From Spongiibacteraceae bacterium (lineage in GTDB: Bacteria > Pseudomonadota > Gammaproteobacteria > Pseudomonadales > Spongiibacteraceae), in NCBI GenBank assembly GCA_002710725.1, contig PAKT01000092.1, positions 278-64,277 of the forward strand: 64,000 nucleotides of DNA, in the 5' to 3' direction. The notes under the pieces are model-generated. The model saw only the letters and a list, made by a program, of their open reading frames with translations. It was not told the DNA's origin and did not search any database. How positions within the stretch are numbered: the first letter of the stretch is position 1; the number at the start of each line of letters is the position of its first letter. Made by a program: the position numbers and the translations under genes. Below, piece by piece: positions 20,240 through 28,574 of the stretch.

Positions 20240-22497
20240 TCAGCAACCTCCGCCAACAACGCCGCAATTTCCGCCTCTACCGACTTCAACTCGGCATCAA
20301 TGACTTCCAACGGACGTGGCGGCAAGTATTTGTAGAAATAACGGTTGAAGTTGATCTCGTAGCCCACAATGCCTACCTGACCATCGCGGGCGTCCTGCTT
20401 ATCACCATTGATCCAAGCGTCACTGACATGGGGCAGAACCTCGGCCTCGAAGTAATCCACGATGTCCGTGCCAAGCGGCACGCGCTCGCTGTCGGACAGA
20501 TCGCTGTCACGCTCAAAGGTCACAACGCGACCATTCAGCGAGAAGAAGCCAAAGCGTTCGTCAGCGTTTTGCTTGGCGGTTACGTCCTTGTCGATGACCC
20601 GCTCGGCATCAGGGTTGACTTCCGTGACCCAAGCCCGGATGACTTTCAGGCGAGCGGCGGTGAGCTTTTCGCCTTGGGCCTTGGCATGCGTGGTGATGGA
20701 CTCCGCAAAGGCGTTGCAATCCATCCACGTAGTCTGGCCCTTGTCTCGCAGACTGCGGATGACGACGATCAACGCCTGGCGCTCGCGGTGGGCGTCGGCA
20801 TTCAGCAGCTCTTTCAGCACACGCTTGACCCGCTTGGTTGCGGCCTTGAGATCAGCAGCGGCAGTATTTTCATCTGCCTCCAGAATAGTCAGACCTTCCT
20901 TCTCGGACACGTAGTCCTCGATTTCGGCTTTCAGCGCCTTGAGCTGATCAATGCCTTTCTCGCCGTAGGTGGCATCGAACCACAGGAAGTATTCATCCAG
21001 ATCGGAGGTATTACGAAAGCGCCCCGGCTCGGATTCGTTGAGGTCAACATCCAACCGCAGCGGACGCTCCACCGTGATCTTTCGATAGCCGAATTGGTCG
21101 GGATGGAACACCTGAACCGTGTCGTCTATCTCGTTGCCGAGATACAGATTCACAATGGTCGCAATGTCGGCGTCGGCAATTTCCTTGCGCTTGCTGCCCA
21201 GCGATTTCCGCATGGATGAGCTGCGATCTGAGGCATTAATTAGTTTGACCCGGCTCTGGTCTTCCGGCTTTTTGCGGTTGGTGACGATCCACACGTAGGT
21301 TGCAATGCCTGTGTTGTAGAACAAATCTGTCGGCAGAGCGATGATAGACTCCACCATGTCGTATTCCATGAGATAACGACGAATCTCCGACTCGCCGCCA
21401 CCGGCATCACCATTAAATAGAGGCGAGCCGTTCATAATCACAGCGATACGGCCCGGACGATCCTTGGGTAGCTTGCTGATCATGTGCAGCAGGAACAAAA
21501 GCTGGCCGTCGCTCTTGCGGGGTATGCCCGGCCCAAACCGGCCTTCCTCACCGGATTTATGCTCTTTCAGTACAGCATCGTATTCCTCGGAGTAGTCCAC
21601 GCCGTAGGGCGGATTGCTGAGGCAGTAGGTAAAGGTTTCAGACTCAAAGAGGTCTTCGATCAGCGTATTACCAATACGAATGTTGTCTGGTGAGTTACCG
21701 GAAATCAGCATGTCTGACCGGCAGATGGCGAAGGACTCCGGGTTCACCTCTTGGCCGTAGAGATTGACCTTGGTATTGGCATTCAGCTCTTTGACGTAGT
21801 CATGCGCCGTCGCCAGCATTCCACCTGTCCCCGCCGCTGGGTCGAGAATATTTATGACTTGTGCGCCACCGGCCAGAACGTCTCCGTCTTTGGCAAACAG
21901 CAGAGAGGTCATCAGGCGGATCACTTCACGGGGAGTGTAGTGGTCACCCGCTGTGGCGTTACTGGCTTCGTTGAAGCGCCGGATCAGGTTCTCAAACAAG
22001 TAGCCCATTTCCAAGGTGGACACCTTGCTTGGCGATAGGTCTTTGGAAGCGAAGAACTGCACGATCGCGTATAGCAGGTTTTGACGATCCAGACGATCAA
22101 TCCAGTTAAATAGCCCAAAATGCTCAATAAACACGTCGCGCATGTTCTTTGACAGACCGTTGATATAGCTCTTCAGGTTATCTGCAATATTTTCCGGGTC
22201 TTCCAAAAGCGCAGCCATGGAGTAGCCGCTGGTGCCGTAGAAGTTTAGCTTGAACTTACGAGCAATTATCTGATCGCGCGCATCTTCTGTGGCAGACTCC
22301 AATGATGACGCCATAGACTTTATGGCCTCGCGATGAGGCTCTAGCAGGCAGTCCATTCGCCTGAGAACAGTGAAAGGGAGAATTACCTTCCCGTAATCGG
22401 CAGGGGTAATCTTGCCCCGCATCTTTTCTGCTGCACCCCAGATGAGGTTGGCGTTATCCTGAACACGAGCAGCGTTATCACGATTAATAGTGGTCAT
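20236..22497 (-). CDS. hsdM: Type I R-M N6-adenine methyltransferase
   Basis: HYTPREV, DPAAGTGG, NPPY, GYEINFNRYFY motifs. Confidence 0.95.
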   Translation of the reverse strand: MTTINRDNAARVQDNANLIWGAAEKMRGKITPADYGKVILPFTVLRRMDCLLEPHREAIKSMASSLESATEDARDQIIARKFKLNFYGTSGYSMAALLEDPENIADNLKSYINGLSKNMRDVFIEHFGLFNWIDRLDRQNLLYAIVQFFASKDLSPSKVSTLEMGYLFENLIRRFNEASNATAGDHYTPREVIRLMTSLLFAKDGDVLAGGAQVINILDPAAGTGGMLATAHDYVKELNANTKVNLYGQEVNPESFAICRSDMLISGNSPDNIRIGNTLIEDLFESETFTYCLSNPPYGVDYSEEYDAVLKEHKSGEEGRFGPGIPRKSDGQLLFLLHMISKLPKDRPGRIAVIMNGSPLFNGDAGGGESEIRRYLMEYDMVESIIALPTDLFYNTGIATYVWIVTNRKKPEDQSRVKLINASDRSSSMRKSLGSKRKEIADADIATIVNLYLGNEIDDTVQVFHPDQFGYRKITVERPLRLDVDLNESEPGRFRNTSDLDEYFLWFDATYGEKGIDQLKALKAEIEDYVSEKEGLTILEADENTAAADLKAATKRVKRVLKELLNADAHRERQALIVVIRSLRDKGQTTWMDCNAFAESITTHAKAQGEKLTAARLKVIRAWVTEVNPDAERVIDKDVTAKQNADERFGFFSLNGRVVTFERDSDLSDSERVPLGTDIVDYFEAEVLPHVSDAWINGDKQDARDGQVGIVGYEINFNRYFYKYLPPRPLEVIDAELKSVEAEIAALLAEVAE

Positions 22498-22519
22498 AGT
22501 TCCTTCTTGCCTAACTCAA

Positions 22520-23137
22520 TCAATCTTCTGTGTTGTTGGTAATTTGGTTGTTCTGGTTTTCAGCGGCAGGATTAAGTGGGTAGCCCTCTCGCTTTAAAGA
22601 TTCATTTAGCGTCATTCGGCTCACGCCAAAGTGCTCAGCGACTTCTGACTTCAAAACTGCGGGATCTTTAAGCATGGCGGCAGCTTTACGGACATCGGCC
22701 TTGCTCATTTTGGGTTTCCTTCCGCCTTTGCGTCCTCGAGCGCGTGCTGCCGATAAGCCAGCTAGCGTGCGCTCCCGAATCAACGTGTGCTCAAACTCAG
22801 CTAACGCCCCGAAGATATGGAAGATCAGCTTGCCGCCAGCACTGGTTGTGTCGATATTTTCTGTTATAGACAGGAAACCAACACCCTTATCCTCAAGGTC
22901 TTGGATAATGCCCACAAGTTCTTTCATAGACCGGCCTAGCCGATCCAGCCTCCAGACGACCAGCGTGTCGCCTTTACGAAAGGTGCGGCGGCAAGCCTCC
23001 CACTCTGGGCGTATTTTGAGGCCTGTTCCGGTAATTTTATCGGTGAAGACCTGTTCGCATCCAGCAGCCGAGAGGGCATCATGCTGGAGCTCAGCATTCT
23101 GATCGGTTGTTGAAACGCGGGCGTAGCCTATCAGCAT
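22520..23137 (-). CDS. Serine recombinase (resolvase/invertase family)
   Basis: GYARVST, VWRLDRLGRS, ERT..GL.AAR.RGR.GGR, C-terminal HTH. Confidence 0.93.
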   Translation of the reverse strand: MLIGYARVSTTDQNAELQHDALSAAGCEQVFTDKITGTGLKIRPEWEACRRTFRKGDTLVVWRLDRLGRSMKELVGIIQDLEDKGVGFLSITENIDTTSAGGKLIFHIFGALAEFEHTLIRERTLAGLSAARARGRKGGRKPKMSKADVRKAAAMLKDPAVLKSEVAEHFGVSRMTLNESLKREGYPLNPAAENQNNQITNNTED

Positions 23138-23299
23138 AGAAAACGTGTCTATTGTTTACATTGAAATCTATACGAGATTCTATACATCAAAAGCAGTAAA
23201 AAACAACTGATCTGGTAGAATATTTTCAGGTAAAGAAAACGAAGGTTACTTATACGCCAATTCTTACAAAAGAATGCTGGCGCAGGAGCGAATGAGCAA

Positions 23300-24052
23300 A
23301 TGAGTGCAAATGACTACCTTAGGGGTGTAATCGCCAAATACAGGGGCGACAGCTTACGGGCGCGGTCAGCCGCATCAGATTTACGGCCTGTGATTGATCA
23401 GTGGGGCGGCGCTTATTTGCTAGGTGCCACATTTTCAGGCTCTATTGCCAAGGGAACTGCAATATCGCTGGGGTCGGATGCTGATGTTTTTCTATCCCTA
23501 ACATCCACTACTCCAAATACTCTGGCTCAAATATATGAAAGCCTGTTCACCGCTTTCTCCCAAGCTGGTTATGCACCGAGACGGCAGAACGTCTCTATTG
23601 GAGTTTTCCACCAAGGGTGCAAAATTGATCTTGTTCCGGGCAAGCGTCAAAGCCAGTATGGAAACGACCACAGCCTGTATCGTAGTAAAGCGAGCACTTG
23701 GACTAAGACAGATGTGGTTGCCCATGTAAATAAGGTGGCCAACTCAGGTAGGCTTGATGAGATTCGGTTGATTAAGATATGGAAGCACCTCCACAATCTC
23801 GAGTTCCCATCATTCTATCTCGAACTGGCCGTCATTCGAGCATTATATGGTGCCCGCGCCGGGTCACTGAACAGTAACTTACAAACGATTTTCGAATACT
23901 TATCGGGCAATATTGTTAGCGATATATTCATCGATCCGGCCAATAGCAACAACAGAATTTCAGATGATCTAAGTATTTCTGAAAAACTCCAGATCTCGAA
24001 TAACGCTAGAGCGTCTGCCAAATCCACGACATGGGGAACCGTAGTATGGTGA
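23300..24052 (+). CDS. CD-NTase (cGAS/DncV-like, SMODS nucleotidyltransferase) of CBASS
   Basis: SGSIAKGTA...SDAD, RRQNVSIG, IDLVP, IRLIKIW, PSFYLEL, DPAN..N.I motifs. Confidence 0.85.
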   Translation: MSANDYLRGVIAKYRGDSLRARSAASDLRPVIDQWGGAYLLGATFSGSIAKGTAISLGSDADVFLSLTSTTPNTLAQIYESLFTAFSQAGYAPRRQNVSIGVFHQGCKIDLVPGKRQSQYGNDHSLYRSKASTWTKTDVVAHVNKVANSGRLDEIRLIKIWKHLHNLEFPSFYLELAVIRALYGARAGSLNSNLQTIFEYLSGNIVSDIFIDPANSNNRISDDLSISEKLQISNNARASAKSTTWGTVVW

Positions 24053-24058
24053 AAAAAG

Positions 24059-24820
24059 ATGCCTGATGTAAAAGAAAAGTCTGAGACTAATGGAAAACAA
24101 TTTTTGCAAGACGCCTTTGCATTGGAACAACAGCTACTGGGTGTAAAGCTGAAATTTTCCAATGAATCGATTACTCACTCTGCTTCGAAAGGTGATGTAA
24201 ATGAAAGCCATTTCATCGGAGTCCTTCGACGCTATCTACCCAACCGATACGCAGTAGATCGAGGCATTGCTATTGATAGCACCGGTGCCACAAGCGATCA
24301 GTTGGATGTGGTGATTTACGACCGCCAGTACACGCCAGTCCTCCTTGACCAAGAGAGCCATCGGTATATCCCCGCAGAGGCGATCTATTGTGTACTTGAG
24401 GCGAAGCCCAGTATAAGTAGGGCGACTCTTGATTACGCTGGCGACAAATTAGCTTCGGTGCGCAGTCTAGTCCGAACGAGTGTTCCAATTGTCCACTCAG
24501 ATGCGACGCATCCGCCGAAGGAGCTGTTTGATATAATTGGAGGTATTGTGGCAACAGATGTTTCTTGGGTGGAAGGATTCCAATCAGAAGCATTTAGTCA
24601 AGCTATTTCAGATTTTATCGAACAGCGTCAATTAGATTGTGGTTTGGCTGTTGAGGGGGGATCTTTCGATTTTTTTGACGGGCAAATGATTGTTGGAGCT
24701 GAGAATAACGGTTTAATCTTTTTCTTGTTCAGGTTGCTCCAAAGGCTTCAAGGCTTGGGGACAGTTCCTGCTGTGGACTGGTCTGCATATGCAGCAGCAA
24801 TATCCAAGCCTGCTGAATGA
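24059..24820 (+). CDS. nucC: NucC-family cyclic-oligonucleotide-activated endonuclease
   Basis: KGD..E...LRRYLP.RY, DS.G..SDQLDVVIYDRQYTP, IPAEA.Y.VLEAK, LQ.LGTVP.VD..AY match NucC; 6 bp after the CD-NTase. Confidence 0.82.
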   Translation: MPDVKEKSETNGKQFLQDAFALEQQLLGVKLKFSNESITHSASKGDVNESHFIGVLRRYLPNRYAVDRGIAIDSTGATSDQLDVVIYDRQYTPVLLDQESHRYIPAEAIYCVLEAKPSISRATLDYAGDKLASVRSLVRTSVPIVHSDATHPPKELFDIIGGIVATDVSWVEGFQSEAFSQAISDFIEQRQLDCGLAVEGGSFDFFDGQMIVGAENNGLIFFLFRLLQRLQGLGTVPAVDWSAYAAAISKPAE

Positions 24821-24966
24821 GACATACAGGTCGAGTGGTCACGAAAAGTGACTCAAAGGAGGCTGGTATCATGTCATGTCACTTTCTAGCCTCCCATCAG
24901 GCTGTCACACTTTACCTTTGCTCTAAAGGCGGGGTTACCCAGGTATTGTATCCTTGTCGTCGTTTT

Positions 24967-25144
24967 TGTATCCCTGAAAAGCCTACTTTGTCACCCTAGC
25001 CTGTGGATAACTTTAATTTATTCAACCTAAGTTGACATAAACATTATAGGGAAAGCGTAGTTGCGTGAACCGAAATGGCGTTGCTGTTCAAATGTTAGGC
25101 GCTTTCGTCATAAACTGATTGTCGAAGGCTATTTCAGGGATACA
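24967..25144. repeat. Long-range inverted repeat in island right end
   Basis: TGTATCCCTGAAAAGCCT (24967-24984) pairs with AGGCTATTTCAGGGATACA (25126-25144), with one bulged base. Confidence 0.8.
25002..25010 (-). promoter_or_regulatory. Consensus DnaA box
   Basis: TGTGGATAA = TTATCCACA on minus strand; second TTATGCACA at 25275-25283; function unknown. Confidence 0.4.
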
Positions 25145-25372
25145 TTTTCCTCGTTTGGTGATGATCTTGCCCCTGCCTTGCTACTAAGTACCCGATCAGA
25201 GTCGTCAATCGAGGGAGTTCCGACGCATTCGGCTGCTACACATGCGCCCTTTAAATTTTGTATTCCCACGGAGTTTATGCACAAAGTAGTCCCTTTTTGT
25301 TGTTTTCCTCTGTATGGAGCTAAATTGATTTTACCAGCGTCGACTGTTTGTGGGGAACACGGGCCGCTTTCT

Positions 25373-25526
25373 TGTCAACAAAGTTCATTTCTTGCTATTA
25401 GAATGTCTGTTCGGTCAGTGTTTGTTGACAGTCAACGAGGCTAAATCGCGTCCTTGCTAGAACCCAGCTAAACAGCGGCTTTTAGAGAGATTGGTCACGT
25501 GTCAACGATGGTGTGTCAATTTGTTA
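25373..25526. repeat. Right-end GTCAAC/GTTGAC repeats and terminal TGTTA
   Basis: GTCAAC 25374, 25431, 25501; GTCAAT 25515; GTTGAC 25424; 10-bp IR TGTCAACAAA/TTTGTTGACA; TGTTA 25522-25526 is the inverse of left-end TAACA 5314-5318. Confidence 0.65.
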
Positions 25527-25530
25527 CGCT

Positions 25531-25597
25531 GCATCCCTGGCCGGATGACCCCCTTACCGCGACGCCTTCCCGGGGTACCAAGAAACAGGGGTACTAA
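25531..25597 (+). pseudogene. hrpB: Displaced 3' end of hrpB (HPWPDDPLTATPSRGTKKQGY*)
   Basis: Translation from 25532 gives the conserved HrpB terminal motif HPWPDDP. Confidence 0.9.
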
Positions 25598-25608
25598 TGG
25601 GCGTTTCT

Positions 25609-25642
25609 CCATCTCCCTTTGGGAGATGGCCGGGATGAGGGG
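25609..25642. repeat. REP-like palindrome
   Basis: CCATCTCCC-TTT-GGGAGATGG-CCGGGATGAGGGG, variant of the element at 35559-35592. Confidence 0.6.
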
Positions 25643-25675
25643 CTTGGGGCCCGGCAGAAGCGCGCCATTCGGGTA

Positions 25676-26860
25676 TCAATCGCCGTCGACCAGCGATTTC
25701 ATATTGGGCACCTGGCCGTCTTCTCGCTCGTTGAACAGGATATCGTTGTAGTGGCGATCGCCCCGGTGGTGCTGATAATCGGGCTGGTAGGTCAGCAGAA
25801 TGCTTTGACGATAGTGCTCGCATACTCCGGTGGGCTCCGGTGCAGCGTGCATCACATCGCCATAGTGCAGAGTGACAGAGCCGGCGCGGGCATCGGCGCG
25901 AACACCGCGCGGCGCCTTGCTGTCACCGGCATCCAGGAAGCCGAAGCTGGCCTTGTGTGAGGCCGGCAAAAAGCGCAGCGCACCGGCCTCATCAGTCGCG
26001 TCATAAAGATAAATACTGATAATCACCGTCGGGCACATGATGGCGTGGCCACCCATCCCGCAGTCGCGGTGCCAGGGCAGGTCCGACAGCCCTTCGCTCA
26101 TATCCGGGTTTTTAAAGATGACCGTGACGCCGTCCTGCTCGCGGGGGTTGGCGCCTTTCAGTTCGGCTGGCATCAAGGCCGCCAGTTGGCGAATGCGCGG
26201 GTCGTCGTAGAGGCCCGCCAGCTCATCGATTTCACCGCCATTCAGGGTGCGGCAAATTACCGATTCGCCTTTACTGTTCTTGCCCCACCAGGACTGTTTG
26301 TCGTTTTCCCGCGCGCCCGCTTTAAGCTGTTGCGCGTAGTCGCGAAAGCGGTGCAATTCGTCGTCTGAGAAAACATCGTGCACTACCAGATAGCCGAGGG
26401 TGTTAAGCGCCCTGCGCATGGCTTCGGCGGAGTCATTCAATGTGTAGGTGGCGGCGGGATCAAGGGTGGCGCCGGTATCGTCTGTCAGGTCGGGTGCATT
26501 GGGGTCGTAAACAGGTATGCCCCGGTAAATGGCTCGCAAGGCGGGTTCCCAGGCTAACAGTTTATTCAGCTCACCGGCGGCGCATTGCAGGCGGTTGCCG
26601 TAGACCAGTGGCGGTACTGCTTCCATATCACGAGTGAGTCCCAGCCAGTCTTCCGGGTCGATCAGAATGCCGTCGTTGGCGGCAACCGATGCGATGGCGA
26701 GCTGCTTGCCGTCGTAGCTGAAACGATAGGCGCAGTTGTCGGCAGTGCGCAGGGTGAGGGCCGGTAACGGGGACTGGGCGGCGAGCAGCGGCAGTCGCTC
26801 GTCGGTGCTTGTGCTCAGGGTCTGGTGGAGTAACTGCAACTGCTGAATGGCATCGGTCAT
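25676..26860 (-). CDS. Phytanoyl-CoA dioxygenase family (Fe/2OG) protein
   Basis: WHRD...H facial triad, GALRFLPASH, AGSVTLH motifs. Confidence 0.8.
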   Translation of the reverse strand: MTDAIQQLQLLHQTLSTSTDERLPLLAAQSPLPALTLRTADNCAYRFSYDGKQLAIASVAANDGILIDPEDWLGLTRDMEAVPPLVYGNRLQCAAGELNKLLAWEPALRAIYRGIPVYDPNAPDLTDDTGATLDPAATYTLNDSAEAMRRALNTLGYLVVHDVFSDDELHRFRDYAQQLKAGARENDKQSWWGKNSKGESVICRTLNGGEIDELAGLYDDPRIRQLAALMPAELKGANPREQDGVTVIFKNPDMSEGLSDLPWHRDCGMGGHAIMCPTVIISIYLYDATDEAGALRFLPASHKASFGFLDAGDSKAPRGVRADARAGSVTLHYGDVMHAAPEPTGVCEHYRQSILLTYQPDYQHHRGDRHYNDILFNEREDGQVPNMKSLVDGD

Positions 26861-26884
26861 TGCTGTGCTCCTGTGAGGTGCCTA

Positions 26885-26902
26885 CCCTCCCAAAGGGGAG
26901 GG
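26885..26902. repeat. Short REP-like palindrome
   Basis: CCCTCCC-AAA-GGGGAGGG in intergenic gap. Confidence 0.45.
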
Positions 26903-26917
26903 CGGGCTGAGCGGGCT

Positions 26918-28408
26918 CTAGCGCGAGGCGGCTGTTTTACCCGCCATGCGACCGAAAAAGGTCGCGTCACCCACCGACATACCGCTGGCATAGCCAGCCG
27001 CTGTTCTGGGAATGCCGGCAGTGGTTCTGCCCGCTGCATACAGTCCCGGTATTACATTGCGTTCGGGGGTAAGGACTTCACCGGTGGGCAGTGTATCCAG
27101 CCCGCCCAGGGTAAAGAAGGGGTAGAAGGTGCCGCGCCCCAGCGTGCAGTCCAGAGCGACATAAGGCGGTTCAATCGGGCGCAGCCAGGCATCGCTTTTG
27201 TGGAACAGGGGGTCTTCGCCCTTTTCCGCGTGGCGATTGTAAACCTCAAGTGTGTTACTCAATGTGCCTTGTGGCAGCTCCAGTTCCTGTTCCAGTTCTT
27301 CGGCGGTGTCGCCGGTGGCGGCAACCTGAGCACCCAGGTAGCTCATTTTCTCGTAGTCGCCATAGCCTTCCACGTCGGTGACCAGATAGATGCGCTTGGA
27401 GTGATTGTGCTGCTGCACCATGGCATTAAAACCGACCCGGCCGTGATAGCAGTCTTCATTGATAAAGCGCTGGCCTTTGTCATTCACAAAGATGCCGTAG
27501 GTCAGCGATTGCGGAGGATAGTAAGGAACGGTGGTAAAGCACTCGTGCATGTTCACGGTGCCGGCACCAACGCCTTGCCCCATCAGGATGCCGGAGCCGG
27601 TGTCGCCGGGGTTGCCGATGGGTTCCAGGTTCTTGTCGAAAAAGGGTGCGTACTTGCGCACCATCTCTTCGTTCATGCAGAAGCCGCCGGCACAGAGAAT
27701 AACGCCTTTGCGGGTGCGCACGGCAACTTCCTGCTGGTTGATGCGCACCAGAATGCCGACCACGGTGCCGCTGTCGTCAGTGATCAATGTGAGGGCGCGG
27801 GTTTCGTAGTTCACGCTGATGTTGCTGCGCTTGTCCACCTGCTCGGTCAGGATCTTCATCAGCAGCGGGCCGCCGTTGTCGCCTTCGATTTCCAGGTTGT
27901 GACCGCGCGGCACCGGATAAGCAGCTTCGGTAAAGGGGTAGGCTTTTTCGTTGCCGGTAAACAGCAGGCAGTCATCGGTGAGGGCCATAATGGCGCGTTC
28001 TTTCAGTTCCGAATCCTTGAAGGGAACGCCTTTCTGCACCAGCCAGTTGAAATGCTCCAGGCTGTTGTCGACGTAGGTGTCGATCTTGGCTTCATCGGCA
28101 TTACTGCCGAAGCAGGCTTTGAGAAAGCTTTTCATGTTCTCGGTAGTGTCGTCGTAACCACAGGCCTTCTGCACCCGGGTGCCACCATTGCCGCCCATGT
28201 AGATCTCCGCACTGGACAGGGCGGTGGAGCCACCGCTGGCGCTGGCCAGCTCGAAAATCTGCACCTCACTACCGGCGTCGGCGGCCTCCAGCGCAGCGCA
28301 GGCACCGGCGCCGCCAAAACCTATAACGGCGACGTCGGTTTCAATACCCCATTCGCTGATATCGGCGGCGCGTTTGGGTATGGAGGGGCTGGTCTTGTCA
28401 CTCATCAC
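26918..28408 (-). CDS. FAD-dependent oxidoreductase (3-ketosteroid dehydrogenase/fumarate reductase flavoprotein family)
   Basis: VIGFGGAG, GGSTALS, GQRFINE, TLGGL, IPGLYAAG motifs. Confidence 0.85.
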   Translation of the reverse strand: MMSDKTSPSIPKRAADISEWGIETDVAVIGFGGAGACAALEAADAGSEVQIFELASASGGSTALSSAEIYMGGNGGTRVQKACGYDDTTENMKSFLKACFGSNADEAKIDTYVDNSLEHFNWLVQKGVPFKDSELKERAIMALTDDCLLFTGNEKAYPFTEAAYPVPRGHNLEIEGDNGGPLLMKILTEQVDKRSNISVNYETRALTLITDDSGTVVGILVRINQQEVAVRTRKGVILCAGGFCMNEEMVRKYAPFFDKNLEPIGNPGDTGSGILMGQGVGAGTVNMHECFTTVPYYPPQSLTYGIFVNDKGQRFINEDCYHGRVGFNAMVQQHNHSKRIYLVTDVEGYGDYEKMSYLGAQVAATGDTAEELEQELELPQGTLSNTLEVYNRHAEKGEDPLFHKSDAWLRPIEPPYVALDCTLGRGTFYPFFTLGGLDTLPTGEVLTPERNVIPGLYAAGRTTAGIPRTAAGYASGMSVGDATFFGRMAGKTAASR

Positions 28409-28574
28409 TGGGGGCTCCGTTGAAAATCGTCAGTATTTAAGGCACTGGTATTATTATAGGTAACATGGGCTTCAGGGCTATAGCTTTTCAGGTCAGTCAG
28501 CTCGTCTGTTTCGGGTATGTTCAACATGTTGGACCGGCGGCTGAAAGCTAATCGGCCACTTTACAAGCGGGCAC

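Larger units (their letters stand above)
24960..25322 (-). ncRNA. Candidate element-encoded ncRNA carrying target-matching segments (hypothetical)
   Basis: Extended -10 TGGTAAAAT on minus strand at 25336-25328; AAAGGGCG and TCGGGTA segments matching the hrpB target; boundaries uncertain. Confidence 0.3.
5312..25530. mobile_element. GInt-like (ginABCD) tyrosine-recombinase integrative island inserted in hrpB, carrying defence cargo
   Basis: Removing 5312-25530 restores CCG AAG CAT CCC TGG (PKHPW); 1-bp ambiguity 5313-25531; AT-richer than flanks; four-gene recombination module at left end. Confidence 0.9.

Noticed and set aside
18965-23137. Phase-variable (invertible) hsdS driven by the serine recombinase
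   Set aside because: Only one hsdS, no silent TRD cassettes or flanking inverted repeats seen.
25061-25444. 127-aa + strand ORF (and the 60-aa ORF at 24817-24999) in the island right end
   Set aside because: TTG start for the 127-aa ORF, no recognisable motifs in either, and both overlap inverted repeats or end motifs; region treated as non-coding, though translation is not excluded.
24821-25530. CRISPR or TIGR array in the island right end
   Set aside because: Only short motifs (CTTGCTA x3, TGCTAC x2) at irregular spacing; no regular repeat-spacer periodicity and no cas/tas gene.
5300-25545. Target-site duplication or att direct repeats
   Set aside because: No shared sequence at the two junctions; GCATCC at 5337 and 25531 is only 6 bp and not at the reading-frame breakpoint.
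26873-28423. 516-aa + strand ORF; similar long ORFs at 20227-21219, 33237-34085, 43813-44685 and 53884-54657
   Set aside because: Antisense shadows of well-supported genes, expected from high-GC codon bias.
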